Assembly: GCA_964640345.1 (NCBI GenBank)
Contig: CAZXFU010000037.1
Span: forward strand, 1 to 12,814
Direction: 5' to 3'
DNA: 12,814 nt
From: an uncultured Eubacteriales bacterium
GTDB lineage: Bacteria > Bacillota > Clostridia > TANB77 > RGIG9151
Both the position numbers and the translations under genes were made by a program. Shown here one piece after another: positions 6,441 through 12,814 of this stretch (position 1 is the first letter of the stretch; the number at the start of each line of letters is the position of its first letter). The notes beneath the pieces were generated by a model. That model was not told the DNA's origin and did not search any database. It saw only the letters and a program-made list of their open reading frames with translations.

Positions 6441-7601
6441 CTAAAAATATCTAACAGTAACTTTCTTTCCCATTTTTTTCAAATTTTCGGATAACGACTC
6501 CACCAGTTTTAGTTTCATCGTAGTATCAATCGGTAACCCCTGATGTGCAACATTTACACTTTGACCAACAAAAAAATTAACCTCGGTCGCATCTTCAAAC
6601 AACGCCTCTGCCAATAATGATGCACCATCATTTTTTACATAATACTTAGGTGAAACATCCTTAATATCTAAATATTTTTCTGACATACTAAGAAGCTTTC
6701 TTATTGTAATAACACCTTCAGTAACTAAATCGATCCCCTTAATATACGCAATTGGTGGAATCTCTTTATCTAAAAAATCCAAACTTGTGTGAAGTTCTTC
6801 TCCTAAATGCCTTGCAACAATCTGAGAACTTGTGCCGCCGCAAACAATATGCTTTCCACTCATATCCATAAAACCTTTTATATACTCGTTATCTCTTGAC
6901 TTATCTACAGGCGGTCCAACCATGATATTAATAACTGAATTTTCTCTAATCCTTATAGCCGCAACTGTAGTATCGTCACCCGGTTTATCTAAATATAAAT
7001 CATTGCAAGCAGAAGCAAGTAAACAAGCGATACATCTAGCCGACATTTTAGTTGTAACTGTTTTTTCAAGATACTCCATAATTTCATTTCTTTGCCAACC
7101 TAAATTAAGAAGCATGCCGATTCCGGCGTGTATTGTTCCGTCTGACATAACAATAACCACATCAGACGGTTCTAAATTGATATCTGTTTTATACACAACT
7201 TTTCCTAAAATGTCCAATTTCTCGCGACTAAAGTCTAAAGCTTTTCCATTATGCAAATATACCGCCTGAGGGTTATCAAACTCAACTAAATATCCTTTTC
7301 CTTTATTGTCTATATGAACAACAGAAAAAGTGGAATACGCCAGTCCTCTAACTTTGCAAACAGGAAGTGACTTAATTATAGTCTCTATGCACTCTTCAAT
7401 ATCCACATCATTAGCAATCATAGTACATAAAATCTTAGATGTAAGAGTAGATAAAATATTCGCTTTTACACCACTTCCCAGTCCATCTGCCAAAACCAAA
7501 GTAGTATACTCGTCATTAACGGAGATATCTACATTATCTCCGCAAAGTTCTTCTCCCACCTTATTAAGAGATGTATAACCATATTCAAGAAAAAGACTCA
7601 T
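6441..7601 (-). CDS. hfsC: PP2C/SpoIIE-family serine phosphatase with an uncharacterised C-terminal domain of about 165 aa (HfsC-like)
   Basis: The N-terminal half (about 219 aa) carries SpoIIE-type PP2C metal-ligand motifs: CGDNV, LADGLGSGVKA, VMSDGT and PGDDTTVAAIRI. The C-terminal part (residues 220-386, VCGGTSSQIVARHLG...) matches no family I can name. The ATG overlaps the hfsB TGA (ATGA at 7601-7598), and the SD GGAGGAGGAAGA lies within the last hfsB codons. Confidence 0.85.
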   Translation of the reverse strand: MSLFLEYGYTSLNKVGEELCGDNVDISVNDEYTTLVLADGLGSGVKANILSTLTSKILCTMIANDVDIEECIETIIKSLPVCKVRGLAYSTFSVVHIDNKGKGYLVEFDNPQAVYLHNGKALDFSREKLDILGKVVYKTDINLEPSDVVIVMSDGTIHAGIGMLLNLGWQRNEIMEYLEKTVTTKMSARCIACLLASACNDLYLDKPGDDTTVAAIRIRENSVINIMVGPPVDKSRDNEYIKGFMDMSGKHIVCGGTSSQIVARHLGEELHTSLDFLDKEIPPIAYIKGIDLVTEGVITIRKLLSMSEKYLDIKDVSPKYYVKNDGASLLAEALFEDATEVNFFVGQSVNVAHQGLPIDTTMKLKLVESLSENLKKMGKKVTVRYF

Positions 7602-9310
7602 TCTTCCTCCTCCTCTTGTAAAGTCTTTTTAAGCTTTAATAACGCCACCTTAGACTCAGCAGTAGTCTCGCCAAGAAGTGATGCTATCTCTTGCACAACT
7701 CTCATCTGCTTATTTATAACTTCATCAGTAGTTTTAAACGTTTCTTGTTTAACTTTGTTTAGCTTATCATTATAATTAACCCCGCTAGTTATATCTTTCA
7801 TAATTGCAAACATCGTCTTATGTTCTTTTAGATAGGTAATTGACAATTCAACATACGAATTAGTCTTAGGAATATACTTTTTCTTACGAATAATATTCTT
7901 TTCATCATTTAACGCAAACACAAAATCTGTCGGTTCAAAATAGTCAACAACGTATTTGCCTTTAACGTCATATCCTGTCATGCCGCCGAGTTCCAATGCC
8001 TTTGCGTTTATATCCACAATCTTCAACTCACTATCTACAACAATAATACCATTTGGACTGTTTTGAATAATCTCGTAAGACATTGACTCAGCTTTCTTCC
8101 TCATATACGGTAAGCACATATCAATATCTGCATAACCGTTCAATACAGCCCAAGCCTTTGCTCTGCAGGTAGAATACCCACAAACTCCGCAATTTAGCTC
8201 GTCCTCAGGCTTAAGTTTGCCTGTCTTTGCAAGTATCGCCTCAATTTGCTTATCCGTACCGGGAATATCTCCTGTTCTTATTCTATTATATTCGGCTGAT
8301 ACATCCAAATCATAAGGAATTTTATCACTTTTATCGCCAAGTCCCATTTCTTTCCTTGCATAACTACGCACAATTGCGTTAGAACTAATGCTGTCTTTTT
8401 CCTTGGTCAAACTGCAAGGCCCGTTTATACAAGCATTTGCACAACTGTTTATCTCCAAAAATATTCCGGATAAATCATTAATACTATTTAGCACTTCAAA
8501 ACAACGTTCCACCCCGTCAATAGCAATATATTCATACCCTTTTGGGAGACTAGTAAAAGACTTAATAATTCCACGACTTATAGGGAAATACTTGGCTCTA
8601 TTTACTACTTCTTTATCTTCACTAACATGAACATTTGAGATCATATTTAAATCAATATTATTTTCGTTAAATAACTCCAAAAGCTCCTCAAAAGTCAATA
8701 CCACGTCTATAACTCCGCTGTCTTTACCTTCTTTTTTCTTTGCAATACATGGACCTATAAAAACGACTTTAGCCTCTTTGTCTGCCTCTTTTATCATTTT
8801 CGCATGAACAACTGCCGGTGCATCCACGGGAGCCAAATACTCTAATGCATTTGGATAATAAATCTGTATCATTCTGTTTATTGCAGGACATGCAGATGTT
8901 ATAAAATTCTTATACTTTCCGCTATTTAAAAGCTTTTCGTATTCTTGAACAACAACATTCGCTCCAATCGAAGTCTCCTCTGCATCAAAAAAGCCTAACT
9001 TACATAAAGCAATTTTCATAACAGAAAAATCTTGAATCTTAAAACTTGAAATAAAGGAAGGAGCAACACTTGCAACAACCTTTTTATTGCTCTTTATAAG
9101 ATTTAAGACCTCATCTTTAGAACTATGAACACGTTTTGCATTTTGTGGGCAAACTCTAGTACATTTGCCACACAAAATACATCTTTCCTTTATAATTTTA
9201 GCCTGATGATCAACAACTTTAATAGCTTTTACAGGACATTCTCTTAAGCATTTATAGCAATCTTTACACTTTGCATTTCTAAACTCTAAATACTCTTCCA
9301 AAATCCTCAC
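7598..9310 (-). CDS. hfsB: Sensory-type [FeFe]-hydrogenase-like protein: 2x[4Fe-4S] ferredoxin + H-domain + Cys4 Fe-S motif + PAS (HfsB/HydS-like, phosphatase-linked group C)
   Basis: Ferredoxin motifs CKDCYKCLRECP and CILCGKCTRVCP are followed by modified H-cluster motifs: ITSACP (Ala140 at 8891-8893 in place of the first Cys of TSCCP), IGPCIAKKKE and EINSCANACINGP. Next come CGVCGYSTC-x16-C (residues 374-399), a PAS-like segment (about 410-510) and an acidic coiled tail ending EEEEE. The start is ambiguous. GTG 9310 has its GGAG abutting the start codon, whereas TTG 9301 has a GGAG 8 nt upstream. Confidence 0.88.
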   Translation of the reverse strand: MRILEEYLEFRNAKCKDCYKCLRECPVKAIKVVDHQAKIIKERCILCGKCTRVCPQNAKRVHSSKDEVLNLIKSNKKVVASVAPSFISSFKIQDFSVMKIALCKLGFFDAEETSIGANVVVQEYEKLLNSGKYKNFITSACPAINRMIQIYYPNALEYLAPVDAPAVVHAKMIKEADKEAKVVFIGPCIAKKKEGKDSGVIDVVLTFEELLELFNENNIDLNMISNVHVSEDKEVVNRAKYFPISRGIIKSFTSLPKGYEYIAIDGVERCFEVLNSINDLSGIFLEINSCANACINGPCSLTKEKDSISSNAIVRSYARKEMGLGDKSDKIPYDLDVSAEYNRIRTGDIPGTDKQIEAILAKTGKLKPEDELNCGVCGYSTCRAKAWAVLNGYADIDMCLPYMRKKAESMSYEIIQNSPNGIIVVDSELKIVDINAKALELGGMTGYDVKGKYVVDYFEPTDFVFALNDEKNIIRKKKYIPKTNSYVELSITYLKEHKTMFAIMKDITSGVNYNDKLNKVKQETFKTTDEVINKQMRVVQEIASLLGETTAESKVALLKLKKTLQEEEEE

Positions 9311-9312
9311 TC

Positions 9313-9561
9313 CTATCTAGTAACCTCAGGCAAAATCTCATTAACAAAAATATCTTCCGTGTTACCGACATTAACGTTTAATAAAATTCTATCGTCGGCC
9401 TTAACAGTAACACCTTCTGAGCAATGACCCAAACAAAAACTTGCCTGTAACTCAATAAGATCCTCAACTTCATATTTTTTTAGCAATTCCTTAAATTTTT
9501 CAATAACATCATAAGAGCCCTTTAAATGACATGAACTACCAACGCAAACTTTTAATACCAT
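9313..9561 (-). CDS. hfsA: Small thioredoxin-like [2Fe-2S] ferredoxin (NuoE/HndA-like; HfsA-like)
   Basis: The 82-aa product MVLKVCVGSSCHLKG...FCLGHC has the Cys spacing C-x4-C-x31-C-x3-C, characteristic of NuoE-type [2Fe-2S] proteins. I chose ATG 9561 because a GAGGAGAGGGG SD lies upstream. The track's longer ORF to 9663 would overlap adhE by 85 nt and adds an implausible basic, Cys-rich leader. Confidence 0.8.
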   Translation of the reverse strand: MVLKVCVGSSCHLKGSYDVIEKFKELLKKYEVEDLIELQASFCLGHCSEGVTVKADDRILLNVNVGNTEDIFVNEILPEVTR

Positions 9562-9578
9562 AGTTACTACCCCTCTCC

Positions 9579-12158
9579 TCATATTTCTTCTCCATAATAT
9601 GCTTTTTTGTAAAGTTCCATGATTTCTTCTACAAGCGGATATCTTGGATTTGCACCTGTACATTGGTCGTCGTGAGCATTCTCAGATAATCTCCTTAATC
9701 CAGCCATAAATGTTTTTTCATCAACACCACATTCCTTTATTGACATAGGCATATTTAAATCTCTCATAAGTTGTCTTATTGCTTTTATCAAATTATCTAC
9801 ACTCTCTTCTGTTGTATTTCCGGCGAAACCAACAAACCTTGCAGCCTTAGCATACTTTTCATCTGCAATAAAGTATTCATATTTAGGGAATGTTGCAAAT
9901 TTGGTAGGTTTTGTTGCATTATACTTTATAACATACGGAAGTAAAACAGCATTAGCTCTTCCATGTGGGATATGATATTCTCCACCTAACTTATGAGCCA
10001 TACTATGATTTAACCCAAGAAATGCATTTGTAAACGCCATACCAGCGATGCAACTTGCATTGTGCATTTTTTCTCTTGCTTTTTCATCTTCCTCCCCATG
10101 ATCATATGCACGTTTTAAATAATCAAAAACCAAATCCATTGCCTGAAGTGCAAGACCGTCAGTATAGTCACTTGCCATATTAGAAACATATGCCTCTAAT
10201 GCATGTGTTAATACGTCCATTCCGGTATCAGCAGTCGCTGACTTAGGAAGGCTCATAACAAATTGTGGATCAATAATTGCAACATCTGGCTTTAGTGCAT
10301 AATCTGCCAAAGGATACTTTATATTTCCATTCTTTCTATCAGTTATAACAGCAAATGCCGTTACTTCACTACCTGTACCACTGGTTGTAGGAACTGCAAC
10401 AAACTTTGCAAGTTGTCCTAAGTTAGGAAATTTTACAACCCTTTTTCTAATATCCATAAACTTCTGTTTAAGTCCATCAAATGTTGCATCAGGATGCTCG
10501 TAGAATAACCACATTCCCTTTGCAGCATCTATTGCCGAACCACCACCAATAGCAATAATAACGTCCGGCTTAAAATCACGCATCTCTGCAACACCACGCA
10601 TAATTGTATCTACGTCAGGATCCGGTTCAACATCTGAATAAATCTTTGAATGACAATACTGTTCTCTCTTTCTTAAATAATATAAAGCCTTATCAACATA
10701 TCCAAGTTTTACCATAGTAGGATCAGTAACAATAAACGCTCTTGAAATACCTTCCATATTTTCTAAATATTGAATAGAATCCTTTTCAAAATAAATCTTT
10801 GGTGGAATTTTAAACCATTGCATATTAACCCTTCTTTCCGCTATTTTCTTTTTATTTATAAGGTTTACAGTAGATACATTCGATGTTGTGCTGTTATGTC
10901 CGTAAGAACCGCATCCTAAAGTAAGTGACGGAGTATTTGTATTATAAATATCGCCAATTGCTCCCTGTGAAGAAGGTGAGTTAACTATAATTCTTCCCAC
11001 TTTCATTGCTTCTCCGAACTCTCTTATAACCTTTTCATCAGAACTATGAATAATTGCAGAATGTCCAAGTCCGCCATAGTCCAAAATCTTTTTGCAAATT
11101 GCAAATCCTTCTTCGTGACCGTCAACAACGTAATATGCTAAAACCGGGGATAATTTTTCATGAGATAATGGATAATCAGGTCCAACCCCATCAAGTTTTG
11201 CAATTAAAATCTTAGTTTTAGGCTCAACCTCTATACCTGCCATTTCTGCAATAACAGCCGCCGGCATACCGACAACTTTAGAATTTAACTTCCCATCAGC
11301 CATCATAAAGTCAGATAATCTCTTAATTTCATTATCATTTAAGAAATAGCAATCATTAGCCTTCATATATTCTTCAAATGGAGTCCTTATAACACTATCA
11401 ACTATAACAGCCTGTTCAGATGCACAAATCATACCATTATCAAAAGTTTTAGAAAGCATTAAATCCGTACAAGCTCTTTTTAGCTTTGCAGTAGTTTCAA
11501 TATAACATGGTGCATTCCCCGGTCCAACGCCAAGTGCGGGTTTACCGCAACTATATGCAGATTTTACCATTCCGGAACCGCCTGTTGCTAAAATAAGTGA
11601 AACATTTGGATGATTCATAAGAGCTGTAGTTGCTTCAATAGAAGGTTCTTCTATCCATTGAATACAATTTTCAGGTGCACCGGCCTTAACAGCAGCTTCT
11701 CTTAAAATTTCAGCAGCTCTTTTTGAACATTGCTGTGCCGATGGGTGGAAACCAAATATAATTGGGTTTCTTGCCTTAGCACATATAAGAGACTTAAACA
11801 TTGTTGTAGAAGTAGGGTTTGTGACAGGAGTAACACCTGCAACAATTCCTACAGGCTCAGCCACTTCAACATATCCCTCCAGCTCATTTTCTTCAATAAT
11901 TCCGACAGTTTTTTCATGCTCTATAGAATGCCAAATATATTCTGTAGCGAAGATATTTTTAATAACCTTATCTTCATAAACGCCTCTTTTAGTTTCATCA
12001 ACAGCCAATCTTGCAAGTTCCATATGATGGTCAAGTCCAGCAAGTGCCATAGCTTTAACAATCTTATCAACTTGCTTTTGGTCAAGGTACATATACTCAC
12101 TTAATGCTTTTTCAGCCTTAACCACAAGTTCATTTACCATTTCGTTAACATCTCTCAT
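9579..12158 (-). CDS. adhE: Bifunctional acetaldehyde-CoA / alcohol dehydrogenase AdhE
   Basis: The 859-aa product has an N-terminal ALDH domain with the catalytic-Cys motif FDNGMICASEQ, the linker NMQWFKIPPKIYF, and a C-terminal Fe-ADH domain with GGGSAIDAAK, PTTSGTGSEVT and the His-rich site HALEAY...LNHSMAHKLGGEYHIPHG. The ATG overlaps the rex TGA. Confidence 0.97.
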   Translation of the reverse strand: MRDVNEMVNELVVKAEKALSEYMYLDQKQVDKIVKAMALAGLDHHMELARLAVDETKRGVYEDKVIKNIFATEYIWHSIEHEKTVGIIEENELEGYVEVAEPVGIVAGVTPVTNPTSTTMFKSLICAKARNPIIFGFHPSAQQCSKRAAEILREAAVKAGAPENCIQWIEEPSIEATTALMNHPNVSLILATGGSGMVKSAYSCGKPALGVGPGNAPCYIETTAKLKRACTDLMLSKTFDNGMICASEQAVIVDSVIRTPFEEYMKANDCYFLNDNEIKRLSDFMMADGKLNSKVVGMPAAVIAEMAGIEVEPKTKILIAKLDGVGPDYPLSHEKLSPVLAYYVVDGHEEGFAICKKILDYGGLGHSAIIHSSDEKVIREFGEAMKVGRIIVNSPSSQGAIGDIYNTNTPSLTLGCGSYGHNSTTSNVSTVNLINKKKIAERRVNMQWFKIPPKIYFEKDSIQYLENMEGISRAFIVTDPTMVKLGYVDKALYYLRKREQYCHSKIYSDVEPDPDVDTIMRGVAEMRDFKPDVIIAIGGGSAIDAAKGMWLFYEHPDATFDGLKQKFMDIRKRVVKFPNLGQLAKFVAVPTTSGTGSEVTAFAVITDRKNGNIKYPLADYALKPDVAIIDPQFVMSLPKSATADTGMDVLTHALEAYVSNMASDYTDGLALQAMDLVFDYLKRAYDHGEEDEKAREKMHNASCIAGMAFTNAFLGLNHSMAHKLGGEYHIPHGRANAVLLPYVIKYNATKPTKFATFPKYEYFIADEKYAKAARFVGFAGNTTEESVDNLIKAIRQLMRDLNMPMSIKECGVDEKTFMAGLRRLSENAHDDQCTGANPRYPLVEEIMELYKKAYYGEEI

Positions 12159-12814
12159 AAAATTTCCTCTCCTTCATACAATTTTTTTAACTTACTCGAT
12201 AATATAGCAAGTGAAGCAGCTATATCCTCATTTTTCACAACTACTCCATCAGGCACTGTAATATGAGTAGGGGCGAAATTCCAAATAGCTTTTATACCCG
12301 CTTCAATTAATCTATCACAAACTTCTTGTGCATCTTGACTTGGGACTGTAATTATTCCAATATGAACATTCAACCTTTTTACAAAATTCTTAAGCTTTTC
12401 CATCGGCATAACTACTTTTCCATTTATCCTTTTTTGGTAAAGCATTTCATCGATGTCAAACCCTGCGACAATATTAATACCATAATTTTGGAATCCGTCA
12501 TAAGAAAGTAATGTTTTTCCCAATTGTCCTACCCCTACAATTATAGCATCTGTAGTATTGTCATATCCAAGAAACGAGGCTATATCTTTAACAAGTTCAT
12601 CTACATCAAAGCCTGTCTTAGGTTTTCCGGCAACACTACTCACACAAGCAAGGTCTTTTCTTACCTGGATAGCACTGAGATTCATACCTAATGACATAGT
12701 TGCGGACGACACATTACTTTTACCGTTTTTTTGAAGGTTAAGCAAATACCTATAATACATCGGCAATCTCGACAAAGTTGCGGTAGATACAGATTTACAT
12801 GAATCGTAGTCCAT
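12155..12814 (-). CDS. rex: Redox-sensing transcriptional repressor Rex
   Basis: The product has an N-terminal winged-helix with LSRLPMYYRYL and SSATMSLGMNLSAIQVRKDL. A Rossmann NAD(H) domain follows (AIIVGVGQLGKTLL, GIITVPSQDAQEVCDRLIEAGIKAIWNFAP). The ATG sits exactly at the window edge (12814-12812), so neither the SD nor any longer N-terminus can be checked. About 15 aa before RLP is typical for Rex. Confidence 0.92.
   Translation of the reverse strand: MDYDSCKSVSTATLSRLPMYYRYLLNLQKNGKSNVSSATMSLGMNLSAIQVRKDLACVSSVAGKPKTGFDVDELVKDIASFLGYDNTTDAIIVGVGQLGKTLLSYDGFQNYGINIVAGFDIDEMLYQKRINGKVVMPMEKLKNFVKRLNVHIGIITVPSQDAQEVCDRLIEAGIKAIWNFAPTHITVPDGVVVKNEDIAASLAILSSKLKKLYEGEEIL

Noticed and set aside
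6784-6803. Possible Rex operator half-sites (TGTGAAgttcTTCTCC in hfsC; also TTCACAA at about 12228 in rex)
   Set aside because: Only one half matches the TTGTGAA-n-TTCACAA palindrome in each case, and both lie deep in coding sequence. The real operator is expected upstream of rex, outside the window.
6832-7578. Plus-strand ORFs 6832..7269 and 7330..7578
   Set aside because: They are antisense to the PP2C phosphatase gene, with no SD and no recognisable domains.
8388-8630. 80-aa plus-strand ORF inside hfsB
   Set aside because: It is antisense to the H-domain of HfsB.
9562-9663. Long form of hfsA starting at 9663 and overlapping adhE by 85 nt
   Set aside because: The added 34 aa (MYRCKSKISACRRNHGTLQK...) are simply the alternative frame of the adhE C-terminus. 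A strong SD precedes ATG 9561, and the [2Fe-2S] domain starts there.
9579-12200. Similar C-terminal peptides of rex (KKLYEGEEIL) and adhE (KKAYYGEEI) as a possible duplicated junction cassette
   Set aside because: The DNA similarity is confined to the GGAGA(A/G)GAAAT SD-like core needed to initiate the next gene. Convergence explains it better than a repeat or a mobile junction.
11730-12511. Plus-strand ORFs 11730..12104 and 12326..12511
   Set aside because: They are antisense to adhE and rex respectively, both of which are unambiguous.
1-12814. Scan for tRNA/rRNA, CRISPR repeats, IS termini or integrase genes, and toxin-antitoxin or defence gene pairs
   Set aside because: By eye I found no periodic direct repeats, cloverleaf-capable GC-rich segments, inverted terminal repeats or transposase-like ORFs. 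Apart from the helicase fragment, every long ORF is accounted for by core metabolism, sporulation or regulation.

Overview
AT-rich chromosomal segment that looks like a spore-forming Clostridia-class Firmicute; 14 of the 16 genes called are on the minus strand. Reading along the minus strand from the right edge: (i) 12814->4420 is a seven-gene block with overlapping or near-abutting junctions. It encodes redox-sensing repressor Rex, bifunctional aldehyde/alcohol dehydrogenase AdhE, a small NuoE-like [2Fe-2S] protein, a PAS-containing sensory-type [FeFe]-hydrogenase, a PP2C/SpoIIE-type phosphatase, a YfcE-like metallophosphoesterase and a catalytic-type [FeFe]-hydrogenase. This resembles the hfsABCD arrangement described in Thermoanaerobacterium, here fused to rex-adhE. 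The block ends at a long bidirectional terminator shared with a convergent clostridial-type abrB. (ii) An orphan S/N/Q-rich ORF (plus strand) lies divergent to the sporulation/division cluster yabP-yabQ-divIC-yabR, which is followed by rho. (iii) At the left edge, an open frame encodes only the C-terminal RecA-like half of an SF2 helicase. It begins directly after in-frame stops 28 nt downstream of rho, so it is a truncated remnant or a rearrangement junction. I saw no tRNA, rRNA, CRISPR array, IS element or long repeat. The most interesting content is the rex-adhE-hfs redox/H2-sensing module: the phosphatase has no visible substrate, and the cluster carries an extra embedded phosphoesterase.
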